Sequence record: NC_042116.1
Length of the DNA stretch: 64,000 bases
Direction: 5' to 3' (one strand)
Shown here: positions 41,193-56,072 of the stretch, piece by piece
How positions within the stretch are numbered: the stretch's first letter is position 1
Layout: each line of letters begins with the position of its first letter
The notes under the pieces: model-generated
Told to the model about the DNA's origin: nothing
Seen by the model: only the letters and a program-made list of their open reading frames with translations
Database searches by the model: none
Translations under genes and position numbers: made by a program

Positions 41193-41847
41193 ATTTTACA
41201 AGTGGTTGAATACTTGAAATATATGGTCTAAGACCATTGACTAGATTTTGTACTTGAAGGTTATCGTATTCTGAGCTTAATGTTATCATGACATATCCTA
41301 TAACTCCAACGTCAACATCTTGAACAATTGGAATTGATATTACACTTTTATATTTAGAACCAATTTTTTTATACTTTTCGCATGAATATAATTTGTTTGT
41401 ATCAAATTTATTCTCACATAAAAGTTGAATTGATGCAATGTTATCGTAATGTACATTATTCAATAAAATTTCTTGAACATTGTTAGTACTATCTACCATT
41501 GAAACCGGATTGGTATCATTAGGTAAATTAGTACCTTCTTTAGTTTCAGAAGTTACATTTATTTGACCAGTGTACATAGAAGTCCTACTATCCGATACAA
41601 ATTTATACAATACTGCGGAAGTTATATCAGGATAATTAATTATCATTTTCCTAAATTCTATATTAATATTGTTTACATTTTGAGGATTCAAATTGTAAAC
41701 ATTATTAACAATGATAGGAAATACTTCTCGTTGAGCAGTTGATTGTAATTTATTCACATTGAGTAGTACGAACAAACCAAGCACGAAACACGCAGCAATA
41801 GTAAGAAGTCTACATAATATAGTAAGCTTTTCTTTACGATTAAACAT
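41191..41847 (-). CDS. Single-TM protein with GAF-like periplasmic domain; T4 T-holin-like paralogue B (start revised to ATG 41847)
   Basis: AAGGAG SD; TM at about residues 10-30; SAVLYKF and VISIPI...GYVMITL motifs align by eye with T4 T (SAVYSF; YSCPY...GTITMYW). Confidence 0.55.
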   Translation of the reverse strand: MFNRKEKLTILCRLLTIAACFVLGLFVLLNVNKLQSTAQREVFPIIVNNVYNLNPQNVNNINIEFRKMIINYPDITSAVLYKFVSDSRTSMYTGQINVTSETKEGTNLPNDTNPVSMVDSTNNVQEILLNNVHYDNIASIQLLCENKFDTNKLYSCEKYKKIGSKYKSVISIPIVQDVDVGVIGYVMITLSSEYDNLQVQNLVNGLRPYISSIQPLVK

Positions 41848-41857
41848 GTTATTCTCC

Positions 41858-42601
<744 letters not shown>

Positions 42602-42645
42602 TTATATACATATTTACCATCACTATCATAAAAACAGCAAAAAAC

Positions 42646-42674
42646 TGAAACGGATGAAAACAATATGGTATAAT
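42646..42674 (+). promoter_or_regulatory. TGRAAY-N17-TATAAT promoter (DHFR-RNase HI-Dda operon)
   Basis: tgaaac 42646-42651, tataat 42669-42674. Confidence 0.75.
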
Positions 42675-42703
42675 GTTAACAAATACCACTTAATGAGTTA
42701 CAT

Positions 42704-43081
42704 ATGAATTATTTTATTTATAATATTGTTTCAATTTGTATAACATTGCTTTTAATATACACAGGTAATATAGTAGAAGCAAAAGCATTTTATATAATAC
42801 TATGTTTAGGTGCCATATTCATTACATATCTAATGAATAATAAAGTACTTGAATATACTACCTGTAATAGTAAACTACGAGAAGCATTAAAACTTATATT
42901 TTTAGATGAATATAAAATGAGATTATCTAATTATATCGGTTCATACATAGTTCATGCATTAATTATTTTGATGTTAATTGGAACTACTAATTTAATCATT
43001 GCAATAAGTGCAGTAATGATATATAGGGTAGCTTCATTAATTAAAAACCATAAATTTATTTTAACAGCAGGTAAACGATGA
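42704..43081 (+). CDS. Hypothetical membrane protein
   Basis: About four hydrophobic segments in 125 aa. Confidence 0.6.
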   Translation: MNYFIYNIVSICITLLLIYTGNIVEAKAFYIILCLGAIFITYLMNNKVLEYTTCNSKLREALKLIFLDEYKMRLSNYIGSYIVHALIILMLIGTTNLIIAISAVMIYRVASLIKNHKFILTAGKR

Positions 43082-43591
43082 ATAAGATGATTCTTTGCAT
43101 TGATTCTAAAAATGGAATAGGAAAAAATGGTTCAATTCCGTGGCATAGTACGGAAGATTTTAAACATTTCAAATCAGAAACCATTGGTAAAAAAATCCTC
43201 ATGGGTTATAATACATGGGAAAGTTTACCAAAAAAACCACTTCCTGATAGAATTAATATTGTAGTAACTACAAAACCTATATCAAATGATGAAATAAACA
43301 AGCATCGTGATGTAATTTTTATTCACAAGAATAATTTATCAGATTTTTTTCGTTACAATGACAATATTGTTGTTATTGGTGGTGCTACTATATATGAAGC
43401 TGCATTACCTTATGTTGACGAAGTTATATTGAGTCAGATTAATGGTGATTATGAATGTGACACAATCTTTGATATTCACACAGTTAATACAGAATTTGTC
43501 TTTTATCCAATGTCAAGTAAATTACTTGATGATGGAGTGATAGTAACATATCTACATAAGAGAATGTGGAATGATTTTGAGATGATTCGAT

Positions 43592-43599
<8 letters not shown>
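43078..43599 (+). CDS. frd: Dihydrofolate reductase
   Basis: GIGKNGSIPWHSTEDFKHFK, MGYNTWESLP, LPDRINIV, VIGGATIY. Confidence 0.95.
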
Positions 43600-44025
<426 letters not shown>

Positions 44026-44029
<4 letters not shown>

Positions 44030-45366
44030 GTATTACGCTTACGGATAAGCAACAATCTATTTTTGATGATTTGATTTATAAAATAAACAACACTGGTGGT
44101 AGAACCGAGGCTGTAATAGTTGGTTATGCTGGAACAGGGAAAAGTACTTTAGTTTCTAGTATTATTGAAAATATATACAAAGAATATAATATTGCAGTAA
44201 CTTCACCTACTCATAAAGCAAATTCAGTACTTCGTGATATGTTATATGATGTTGGATTAGATAAAGATGATGCATTAATAAGTACTATTCATTCATTTTT
44301 AGGATTGAAATTAGTATATGAAAAAAATCGTCAAGTACTTAAACATGATCCACGATCTGCAAATAGTACTGCGTATGTTGATGTATTATTTGTTGATGAA
44401 TGTAGTATGATTTCTGATGAAATGTATAATCATATTTTGAGTCAAATCCATCGTGTACGTAGGGCAGTAATTTTTATTGGAGATTCATGTCAATTGCCTC
44501 CAGTTGAAGCTGAAGGTACAACTGGTGAGACTAGATTGAGTCCAACATTTGATATTTCATTAAAGTATGAGTTAACCGAAGTATTACGACAAGCGTTAGA
44601 CAATCCAATTATAAGTGTTGCTACGATGATACGTGAATGTATAGGTACAAAGAAAGATCCATTACTTATTTTAAATAATTTAGATGGAATGGAAACAATT
44701 ACTTCAATTGATGATGAAATGTTATTTTTAGATGTATATAAAGAATATATTAATGAGTGTAGTGGTGTATCTAATAAAATTTATGATTTTGTTCAACAAA
44801 ATAAAATAATTGCATATACTAATTATAGAGTTAATTTTGCTAATATGTATATAAGAAATGAAGTTTTTCCAGAATATACAAATTCTGAATTTGTTTGCGG
44901 TGAACCGATTATATTTGAAACAACTACAGACAATTGTCCATATATGGTACAACAAATAATTAAATGTCCAGAAATTAGATCTGAATCATTTTTAGGTATT
45001 GATTGTTGGCAGTTTAAATTACCAAATGGTAATTATATTTGGGGAGTTGGCCCATATTCCAGATTAAAATTAGAAGAACATCTTGAGGATTTAGTATATA
45101 AGATTGAAAATAAAGTTGAAAATCCATTAACTAAAAAACTCTATATGTGGCAGGATTATTATATTATCAAAAACAAGATAAATGTAATCAACTATCCTTA
45201 TGCAACTACTGCACATAAATCACAGGGAAGTACTTTTAATAATATATGGTTTGATACGGATTTCATTGAACGAATTGCAAACAATGATACAAAGTGTCGA
45301 ATTTTATATACTGCATTAACCCGCCCACGATATAGTGTTATGTTAAGAAAAAATGGAAGGTTCTAA
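44026..45366 (+). CDS. dda: SF1B DNA helicase Dda
   Basis: GYAGTGKST, FVDECSM, GDSCQLPPV, TAHKSQGST, LYTALTR. Confidence 0.93.
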
Positions 45367-45563
45367 TGAAAGAAGAATATTCACATGAAACACATCAATT
45401 TGTGTTTAGTAGAACATTAGGTAAGCAATATTGTGTTAAATGTGGTTTAATTGCTTTAAACAACGGTTTATCACAATGGGCGATTGAAAAGGGGTGTTTA
45501 AATGAATTACACCCTTCATTTAAATCAACAAGATCTAAGTTCACGAATAAATTCATTTGCTGA
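45366..45563 (+). CDS. Small Cys/His-containing hypothetical protein
   Basis: 65 aa, HxF...YCVKCG motif. Confidence 0.55.
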   Translation: MKEEYSHETHQFVFSRTLGKQYCVKCGLIALNNGLSQWAIEKGCLNELHPSFKSTRSKFTNKFIC

Positions 45564-45600
45564 CCATAAATAATATAAAGTTCTTTTATGGAGACTGATA

Positions 45601-46143
45601 ATGAACAATTTATTCAACGCTTTTAGTATTAAAGTTCCAGGTCAAACACTAGATGATAAAAAATTCTTCCAGTACGCAGACTATGTAAATACCAGCACAA
45701 CTGTACCAACAGATGCTGAAACAGTGACAAAAGCAATTGCTTTTGTTAGACTTAAACAAATTAAACGTAAACTAAGTGAACTATCTGTTCCTGTTTACTT
45801 AACAATTAATTTCTCCACTCCTGGAACAGCAAGTACAGTACCTACTGATGCTGAATTGGTCGTTGGCTATATTAGCATCGAACCATTTTTAAGCACTTTA
45901 GAAACTGCACCTGATGAAGCAGATCGTTTTACAGCAGCGGCAGAAGTAATAAAAGGTATCATCGACGTTGCTCTTTCAGAGGAAATAGTGGATGAATTCT
46001 TTGAAGTTCAAACAACATACTCACGTCATAGATATCCAGGAGCAACTACAACTGATACATATCGTGAATTGGAAACAATTTTTGTAACTGTACCTGATTC
46101 TGGTGAAGTTAGTACTGTAGTTTATATTGATATTAAAGCATAA
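45601..46143 (+). CDS. Putative virion structural protein
   Basis: CATAAATA at 45565-45572, GGAG SD, Thr/Val/Ala-rich. Confidence 0.5.
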   Translation: MNNLFNAFSIKVPGQTLDDKKFFQYADYVNTSTTVPTDAETVTKAIAFVRLKQIKRKLSELSVPVYLTINFSTPGTASTVPTDAELVVGYISIEPFLSTLETAPDEADRFTAAAEVIKGIIDVALSEEIVDEFFEVQTTYSRHRYPGATTTDTYRELETIFVTVPDSGEVSTVVYIDIKA

Positions 46144-46164
46144 AAACCAACAAATGGAGTTGAC

Positions 46165-46359
46165 ATGGATAGCAGAAAGTTTTATGATATGGTTATTGAA
46201 GACGTAATGGCTTTTGACAAAGTACTTTACGATTTAGAACAAATGTCTAGCAATGCTCCAAACCCACGTATACGTACTGTGGCTGATGTAGCAATTTTAC
46301 ACGTTAAATTGGCACGTGAAATCAGCCAAGCCCTTAAAGATGCTAACGAAGGACGATAA
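46165..46359 (+). CDS. Small hypothetical helical protein
   Basis: 64 aa, GGAG SD. Confidence 0.55.
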   Translation: MDSRKFYDMVIEDVMAFDKVLYDLEQMSSNAPNPRIRTVADVAILHVKLAREISQALKDANEGR

Positions 46360-46366
46360 AAAGTCC

Positions 46367-46394
46367 TTGACAAATATTATATTTGTGTTATCAT
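46367..46394 (+). promoter_or_regulatory. Canonical sigma70 promoter upstream of IF3 gene
   Basis: TTGACA 46367-46372, 16-nt spacer ending TGT, TATCAT 46389-46394. Confidence 0.7.
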
Positions 46395-46433
46395 TAAATT
46401 GAAAAAACTATTATTCGGAGTTATAAAATATAT

Positions 46434-46940
46434 ATGAAATCTGTTATTGCCAATGATCAAATTACTGCAAAGAGCGTTCGCCTCGTTGATGAAAGTTCTA
46501 GTACAGTGATGGCAATTAATGCCGCATTAGATCTTGCTTACAGTAAAGAGATGGATTTAATTCAAGTCTCAGATCAAGATGTACCTGTAGTAAAAATTGC
46601 TAATTTGAATAAGTACTTGTACGATCAAAAACAAGCAGAAAAAGAATCTAAAAAGAAACAACGCCAAAATTCTACACAAGTAAAAGAGGTTCAGTTTTCT
46701 TTTGGAACACAGGAGCATGATTTAAATACTAAAGCTAAATCGGCACAGAAATTCATTTCTGAGGGCAAGCAAGTACGAGTCGTGATGAAAATCCAAGGTC
46801 GTACTAATTCCAATCCTAACATTCTTAAACAAAATACTGATTGTATGGGTGACTTCGTTACTCGTTTAGGTGATGTTGATTTTGTACAAAACATTGCAGT
46901 ACAGGGTAATAATGTTACCTGCACAATTAAAGCGAAGTAA
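46434..46940 (+). CDS. infC: Translation initiation factor IF3 homologue
   Basis: NDQITAKSVRLV, DLIQVS...PVVKI, YLYDQKQ, QVKEVQF, HDLNTK, KQVRVVMK. Confidence 0.92.
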   Translation: MKSVIANDQITAKSVRLVDESSSTVMAINAALDLAYSKEMDLIQVSDQDVPVVKIANLNKYLYDQKQAEKESKKKQRQNSTQVKEVQFSFGTQEHDLNTKAKSAQKFISEGKQVRVVMKIQGRTNSNPNILKQNTDCMGDFVTRLGDVDFVQNIAVQGNNVTCTIKAK

Positions 46941-46946
46941 CTTTAT

Positions 46947-46975
46947 AAGAGGGTAAATAAATTTTTACCCTCTTT
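46947..46975 (+). terminator. Hairpin after infC
   Basis: aagagggtaaa-taaatt-tttaccctctt. Confidence 0.6.
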
Positions 46976-46992
46976 ACAACTGGAGTATTATT

Positions 46993-47520
46993 ATGAAGAA
47001 TATTGAACGTAAAGTGTTCTCCCTACCTAATATTGAAGTAGTGAAAGCATCTTATAAAAATTCGGTTTATTATATCGCTGGCTCAAATGATATTACTGAA
47101 TATGTTAAAATTATTAAAGCAACACAAGATTTAGATGATCTCGACGCCATTACTTATGGTTTAACTCTTTATTTGCGTGATCATCCAGAAAATAGTCAAT
47201 TGGCAGTACCGTTATTTGATGTAGTACTATTGAATGATTCAAAGACAAGTTTTGATTATGTTATTCATATTGTTAATGATCTTTTCCGTAAAGACATTAC
47301 TGAATCTCATCAAATTGCTGATCTAATTCACTATGATGGAGCAGCAACAGTTGGTACATATCCATATGAACTAGCACATACATTTGCGTGTATGGTTGAA
47401 ACTGCAAATACACAAACGCATCAAGAGTTGCAGACTGATATTGTGCCATCAGCAAAGGTTGTTGACCCACTTTCATTGATTGAGCAATTAATTCGCCGCG
47501 ATCATCCAGAAGATATTTAA
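46993..47520 (+). CDS. Hypothetical protein
   Basis: 175 aa, GGAG SD. Confidence 0.65.
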   Translation: MKNIERKVFSLPNIEVVKASYKNSVYYIAGSNDITEYVKIIKATQDLDDLDAITYGLTLYLRDHPENSQLAVPLFDVVLLNDSKTSFDYVIHIVNDLFRKDITESHQIADLIHYDGAATVGTYPYELAHTFACMVETANTQTHQELQTDIVPSAKVVDPLSLIEQLIRRDHPEDI

Positions 47521-47525
47521 TATAT

Positions 47526-49691
<2,166 letters not shown>

Positions 49692-49692
<1 letters not shown>

Positions 49693-52142
49693 TGCCTAGT
49701 AAAAGTAAAGCACAAGCTAGGTTCATGGCAGCGGCTGCACACGATCCAGAATTTGCAAATAAAGCTGGAATTAGTACTAATGCTGCTAAAGAATGGAACC
49801 ATGCTGATGAAAAAGCGGGTAATTTGAAAAAAACTTCAAAAAAACCCGAACATGTTAATGAAGAAGTTATAAATGAAGCAAGTGGTGTTGGCATTATAAA
49901 AGTACCACCAGCATTACTTAATAAAATTCAACGATATGTTGGATCTATTTTGTTAACTATGGGATATACAAAACAACAAGAACTCCAAAAACATGGAGAG
50001 ACAGAACAGTCAAAAGTACTAATTAATTACTTAAAACGTTTTCAACGAAAATATAATGCAGCAATTTTATCTCCTAATGATTTAAGAAAATATATTAATA
50101 GTGTAAGTACGGTTCCTCTTGATGCTGATGAAATTTTTAGCCAATTACCAGAAAATATTAAAAAACGTCCAGGAGCAAAAGAGTTAATACAAAATTTAAA
50201 ATTAAGACTTCGTATTTCAAATCAGCTAGTTGGTAGAGGTGGCAGTAATCAAACAAATGGTAATTTGAATATTCAAGAAATTGGAATACCATCATATTCA
50301 CAAAAGATTAAACCAGCATCTATTGATAACGTGGTACAATCATTAAATTATGCTATTGGTACAATAGAACATGAATTGCAACATGCTATTCAAACTACAG
50401 TACTTCAAAAATTAAATTCCAATGATAAACAGACTGAAAGAAAAGCTAGATATACTGATGGTGATGATGCATATTATGCTAGTGGGATTGAATTTGGCCC
50501 ACAAGTAAAAGATTTAGCATCAGCAGCAACGGACTGGTTAGAGAATAGACCAGATGAAATAACTGGTAACAAAAATACTGATATTAGTAATGCCATTAAA
50601 TATGCTATGTCTACCTATAGTCAAGGTAAAATTATTAATGCTCTAAGAAATTATAAACACAATGATCGTGCCAATAAAGCTATGAAATTAATTTACAGAG
50701 AAGTAAGTAACTTCTATGATAACGAATATGCTGATTTGAGTGATTCTGGTGAACTAGATACATCTGAACAAAATGTATTTGGGGATACTACTGATACTTC
50801 AGTTTCATTAGAGCATCCAGAACCAGGTCAATCTACAATGGGTGATTTGTGGTTAGCTATCAGTCAATACTTTGGAGAAAAGCCAGAAGGTTTTGGTTAC
50901 TATGATGATTTAAAGGAAATTAAAATCAAACGTCCATTTGGTGAAATTTCAATAGAGACTGCTAACAATGGTGGAGTTCATCTTTATGTTCGTGTAACTG
51001 GTAATAGAGAAAAATCTTGGAACATTGAATTAAATCCAGAACAATCTAAAAAATTGATTCAAGATGTGGCATACTTTAGTACTGAAAATACTATATCTAA
51101 ACTTAAAGATAAATTAGAAGAAGAAACGGCACCTCCTGCGGATCTTGCTAAAGCAGATTATATCGTTTATGATACTAATAATACGGAAAGTATATTTAAT
51201 GATGATTCTAATAAATCTGTACAAGCAGAATATGATCAAGATGAAGGTACTGTGTATGTACATTTCAAAGGTGCACGTGACAAAATGTATATTCAAGGTT
51301 CAGGTAAAAATTATTATATTGGATATGGTTCAGAAAATGGAATAATTTGTAAAGCAGCAGACTTTAAAAAAATAATGGAACTATTAATATCATTTTATTA
51401 TGAATCAGATACTACTGACAAAATGATTAGTCGTACATTACGCAGTATTTCTAAAAATGGGGGCACAATAACCCCGTCTGATATAGAATCGCAAATTGAA
51501 TATACAAAAAGGCTACAAGCTAAACACAGGAGTACTGCTGAAGTGACTGAATCAAGTATGCGTGGATGGGTAGATGTTATACAAAATGCAGAACTAGAGC
51601 ACGATATAGATGATGCCGATGAACAAACTTTAATTAACACTGATCGTATTGATGAGATGCCTCTAAAATACGATTCATTTATGGGAATGGACCCACAAAT
51701 TTATGTGGACAAAGAAGCCCAAATAAATAAACCAAAAAATATGAAACCTATAAAAAATCATGGTCAGTGGACAACTTATCGTGGTAAAAAAGGTTTTATG
51801 GCATATGACAATGATACTGGAGAAGCTATCGCCACGGTTGAAGGTCATGAAAATGATGGATGGTTTAATGTTGAAGTTACTGCATCAAGTCGTTCAGTAA
51901 AAGGAGTGGTTTATCAAATGTTTATGGATATCATCAATGAAGTAGGGATTCCCATTTTGAGTGGGAGATTGCAATCAAATGATGCTATGAATTTTTGGAA
52001 AAGATTAATTCAATCACATAAAGTATTTGTTGTTGCTAATGGCGAAGTAATACAACAAGCTACACCAGAAAAATTCCATAAGTACTGGAGTGATGAAGAA
52101 GGATCTCCACAATCACAATTCCAATTTTTATTAGTCAAATAA
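49692..52142 (+). CDS. Multidomain internal virion protein (MPSKS leader, HExxH zincin-like domain, C-terminal GNAT-like domain)
   Basis: MPSKSKAQARFMAAAAH; INE|ASGVGIIKVPP; IEHELQHAIQ; YYASGIEF; LSGRLQSNDAMNFWKRL. Confidence 0.65.
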
Positions 52143-52151
52143 GGCAAATCA

Positions 52152-52517
52152 ATGATAGAAACAATCTTTTTATTACTAGTTATATTTCAACTAAAACATT
52201 TTCTTTGTGATTATCCATTACAAGGAAGATATATGTTAGGTAAATTCAAGAAAGAAAGATGGGAGTTACCATTAGCTGCACATGCAGGAGTTCACTTTTT
52301 AGCAACATTTGCAATTGGATTGTTTTTTGGATTTCAAATTGCCTTAGCAGTAGCAGTACTAGACTTTGGAGTTCATTTTGTAGTAGATAAAATAAAGGTT
52401 GAAGCTTCACGAAAAACTGATCATAGTAAACCTGAGTTTTGGTGGTATCTTGGTTTAGACCAAATGGCACATCATTTGACTCATTACATTATAATTGCTA
52501 TATTAGTTCTATTATAA
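52152..52517 (+). CDS. DUF3307-family membrane protein
   Basis: KHFLCDYPLQ, HAGVH, HFVVDKIK, GLDQMAHH. Confidence 0.85.
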   Translation: MIETIFLLLVIFQLKHFLCDYPLQGRYMLGKFKKERWELPLAAHAGVHFLATFAIGLFFGFQIALAVAVLDFGVHFVVDKIKVEASRKTDHSKPEFWWYLGLDQMAHHLTHYIIIAILVLL

Positions 52518-52520
52518 ATA

Positions 52521-52550
52521 TAACGATGCAGAAATGCATCGTTATTTTTT
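52521..52550 (+). terminator. Intrinsic terminator
   Basis: taacgatgca-gaaa-tgcatcgtta plus T-run (GNRA loop). Confidence 0.8.
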
Positions 52551-52579
52551 TGGAACAAAGAAACAAATTATGCTATAAT
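52551..52579 (+). promoter_or_regulatory. TGRAAY-N17-TATAAT promoter (topoisomerase operon)
   Basis: tggaac 52551-52556, spacer ending tgc, tataat 52574-52579. Confidence 0.75.
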
Positions 52580-52612
52580 ATATTGGCTAAGAAACAATAA
52601 AAGGAATTAGAA

Positions 52613-54601
52613 ATGGCAAAGGAAAAGAAAAGTTCTGTTCTCGCTGAACATGGTGTTCAACAATTAACTGAATATCAACATGCACGTATCCGTACTGAAA
52701 TGTACTTAGGATCAAAATCAGAACATGAACAACCAGTTCTTCTCTTTAGTGAAGATGGTTATACTGTGCAAAATTTAGGTTGGGTTCCTGCCCTACTAAC
52801 TTCATTCCGTGAAATCGTGGATAACTCATTAGATGAATTTGTTAAAGCTGGAACAAAAGATCCAGTACTAAAAGTATCATATAATGAAAATGAACTTGAA
52901 TTCGAAATTAGCGATAATGGTCGTGGTATTCCGATTGATTACGTACCTGAAACTCTTAAACATGTTTGTACAATGGTACTAACAGAGATGAAAACTGGTC
53001 GTAACTTCAATGATGATGAACGTAATAATGTTGTTGGTATGAATGGTCTTGGTGGTTCAGTTGTTATGATTGTTAGTGAAAAAGCTGAGATCGAAATACA
53101 TAGAACCGGAAAACCATATAAGACTGATAAATCAAATACTGAATATGATGGTATGTATAAATTCACACAGAAGTTTACAGAAGGAACTCAAATGTTCCCT
53201 GAACTTGGTATTGAAGAACCAAATATTCGTAAAGTGAAAGCAGATAAAACTGGAACAACAGTTAGATTCAAAATAAGCAAAGAAGTATTCAAAGTACATA
53301 CATTACCTATTCAGTTAGTGTATAGCATTCTTAAAGAAGTTGCGGCAGCTAACCCAACATATAAAATCTTTTTGAATGATCAACGCATTACAGTTAATAA
53401 GAAAGGTTTATTCTCTGCTGCAAAAAACACAATGATTCTCAAAGTTGATGATAATGAGACTGGACTAGATAGTACTTTCTACATTGTACCAAACGTAGTT
53501 GAGGGTCTAAGCAAGAACTTACATATGCAAGGTCTTGTTAATAATGCTCCATCATTAGAAGGTGGAACACACTTAGATACATTCCAACAAAAATTTGCAT
53601 TAGGTGTTATTAATGCATTGGATAGAGTACCTAAAAATAGAAAACGCAATTTAAAACCTAATCGTTCTGATATCGAAGAAGGATTGTTGATTTATAACAT
53701 CACAAAGATGAATACCCCAACTTTCAACTCTCAAATCAAAACGAAGCTAACTAATGAAAATGTCATCAAGCCAGTGCAAAATGCAATGAGTGATGATTTC
53801 TTTAATGAATTAGTGAAGAAAAACACTGATTGGATTGAAGAAATTTATACTAGATGTGCTGAGCGTACAAATAAAAAAGATGCTGATGAAGATCGTAAAA
53901 TGGCAAAACGACTATTAAAAGGAAAAGTTGCTAAATTACGAGATGTAAATGATACTAAACCAAGAAGCGAATGTATTCTTTTAATTGCTGAAGGTGATTC
54001 AGCAGTAAGTTCAATGACAGCAGCTAGAAATTCTTCTATTCATGGGATTTTACCTTTGCGTGGTAAAATACAAAACGTAAATGGAAGAGAGAAAACTAAA
54101 GATCTTATGGGTACTGCGGATAAACCATCAGCAATTCATGACATTATGGCATCTCTTAATATTGTTCCTGGAGAAAAAGCTATCAGATCCAATATGAACT
54201 TTGGTAAGTTATATATTTGTGCCGATGAAGATGAAGATGGTAAAAATATTGGTGCGTTAGTAGTAAATTTCTTTTATAAGTTCTGGCCTGAATTATTTGA
54301 AGATACTTCAAATCCATTCATTTACATTTTCAAAACACCATTTATTATTTTGGAAAAAGGTAAAGAATCAAAGTACTATTATGGTCACAACGTTCATGAA
54401 TACAATCCAGATGATTGGAAAGGATGGAAAGCGACTCGTGCTAAAGGTCTTGGGACTCTTGAAGTTTCAAACTTTAGAGATGCACTTGCTAATGGTGTTG
54501 CAATAGCAATAACCGATGATGGGTCATTAGCAGAAACATTGGATTTAATTTTCAATAAAGACCGTGCTGATGATCGTAAAGAATGGACTAAAGAAGACTA
54601 A
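52613..54601 (+). CDS. Type II DNA topoisomerase ATPase/TOPRIM subunit (T4 gp39+gp60 equivalent in one chain)
   Basis: EIVDNSLDE, DNGRGIP, GMNGLGG, EGDSA, PLRGK, DEDEDG, KGLG. Confidence 0.95.
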   Translation: MAKEKKSSVLAEHGVQQLTEYQHARIRTEMYLGSKSEHEQPVLLFSEDGYTVQNLGWVPALLTSFREIVDNSLDEFVKAGTKDPVLKVSYNENELEFEISDNGRGIPIDYVPETLKHVCTMVLTEMKTGRNFNDDERNNVVGMNGLGGSVVMIVSEKAEIEIHRTGKPYKTDKSNTEYDGMYKFTQKFTEGTQMFPELGIEEPNIRKVKADKTGTTVRFKISKEVFKVHTLPIQLVYSILKEVAAANPTYKIFLNDQRITVNKKGLFSAAKNTMILKVDDNETGLDSTFYIVPNVVEGLSKNLHMQGLVNNAPSLEGGTHLDTFQQKFALGVINALDRVPKNRKRNLKPNRSDIEEGLLIYNITKMNTPTFNSQIKTKLTNENVIKPVQNAMSDDFFNELVKKNTDWIEEIYTRCAERTNKKDADEDRKMAKRLLKGKVAKLRDVNDTKPRSECILLIAEGDSAVSSMTAARNSSIHGILPLRGKIQNVNGREKTKDLMGTADKPSAIHDIMASLNIVPGEKAIRSNMNFGKLYICADEDEDGKNIGALVVNFFYKFWPELFEDTSNPFIYIFKTPFIILEKGKESKYYYGHNVHEYNPDDWKGWKATRAKGLGTLEVSNFRDALANGVAIAITDDGSLAETLDLIFNKDRADDRKEWTKED

Positions 54602-54655
54602 TACATTAATGGGGTACAGTTGAAGTACCCCAATAGTAACAAAGAGGCAAATGGA

Positions 54656-56065
54656 ATGCGTAAACCTAAAAAAATTATAGAAATTGTTCCTAACGAACTA
54701 ACACTTTTGGACTTCCAAAGTTCAGATTATATAAACCAATCATCTCTTGAGTATGCATTAAGTACTTTTGATCGTTCTCTTCCAGGAATTGATGGTTTTA
54801 AAAATTCACAAAGAAAAGCTATTTTCACACTAAGTAAAATAAGCGGAGAAATTAAAACTGTATCATGTGCAGGGCGTATGATTAGTGATGGTATATACCT
54901 TCATGGTGATGTATCAGCTAGTGGAACTTTACAAAATTTGGCAAGTCCAGTAGTTAATAATTATCCGTTAATTGGAAAACGTGGTGGTTTTGGTACACAG
55001 GTTAATCCTGAACCAGCTAGTCCACGATATACTTATGTGAAGAAAACAAAAATAACAGAATCATTAGTACTAAGGGATTTAGATGTGGTTCCAATGCAAG
55101 AGAATTATGATGGAACTACAATGGAACCTAAGTTCTTTTTACCATTAATTCCATTAGCATTACTTGGAGTAGATGGAACAGCAACAGCATATAAAAGTTT
55201 CATTTTTCCATACAGAATGAATGATATTATTGATAATACTATACGTGTTATTAATAGTGAAGATTTACTTCCGATGGTTCCATATTATGCTAGTTATGGT
55301 GCAAATGACTATGTTGAAGACCGTGGAGAAGGTAAGTATACGTTCTTTGGTAAAGCAGAAGTAATTGATGCAAGTACTGTAAGAATTACTGGTTTATCAC
55401 CACGAATGAAATTAGAAAAATTCATTGAAGAATTAAATGAAATGGAAGATTCTGGAAAAATTCGCGGATATAATGATGACAGTTCAGGTAAAGTTGATAT
55501 TACTATAAAACTACCTAGAGGTCTTGCAGTTTCATGGACAGAAATGGATGTAATTGAGTATTTTGACATTTCAACTAAATTGGCACATACCCTTAACGTT
55601 TTAGGTGAAAATGGAAAAGTAAAAAGTTACAACGATGTTCGAGATATTATTCACGACTTCGTTCAATTCAGATTCAAGTACTACATTAAGCGTTATGAAA
55701 AACTTCTTTCTAATGCAGATGCAGAAGTTCGGTATAAAATTTTAGTGAAAGAATGTTTTGATAACGATATGATAGTAAAAATAAAATCATTTGAAAATCG
55801 TGGTGAAGTTGTAGACTTTGTAACATCTTTAAATAAAGAAATTGAAGCATCTGATGATAATATTCAAAATATCATAAACTTTCCTAGCTATCGTTGGACA
55901 AAAGAAAACTACGATAAAGTACTTCAAGAAATTGAAGAAGCATTGGAAAAAATGGATGAATATAATGATTTGCTTTCTAATCATGATAAAATATGGAACA
56001 TTTATAAACAAGAACTTATGGAATTACGTGACATGAATATTGTATATAGAGAAGATACTGAGTAA
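54656..56065 (+). CDS. Type II DNA topoisomerase cleavage subunit (T4 gp52-like; start revised to ATG 54656)
   Basis: DGFKNSQRK, YLHGD, ASPRY catalytic Tyr; GAGG SD before 54656. Confidence 0.95.
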   Translation: MRKPKKIIEIVPNELTLLDFQSSDYINQSSLEYALSTFDRSLPGIDGFKNSQRKAIFTLSKISGEIKTVSCAGRMISDGIYLHGDVSASGTLQNLASPVVNNYPLIGKRGGFGTQVNPEPASPRYTYVKKTKITESLVLRDLDVVPMQENYDGTTMEPKFFLPLIPLALLGVDGTATAYKSFIFPYRMNDIIDNTIRVINSEDLLPMVPYYASYGANDYVEDRGEGKYTFFGKAEVIDASTVRITGLSPRMKLEKFIEELNEMEDSGKIRGYNDDSSGKVDITIKLPRGLAVSWTEMDVIEYFDISTKLAHTLNVLGENGKVKSYNDVRDIIHDFVQFRFKYYIKRYEKLLSNADAEVRYKILVKECFDNDMIVKIKSFENRGEVVDFVTSLNKEIEASDDNIQNIINFPSYRWTKENYDKVLQEIEEALEKMDEYNDLLSNHDKIWNIYKQELMELRDMNIVYREDTE

Positions 56066-56072
56066 TTTATAT

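Noticed and set aside
52513-52520. TATAAATA as a late promoter for topoisomerase
   Set aside because: It overlaps the upstream stop codon and is immediately followed by a strong terminator.
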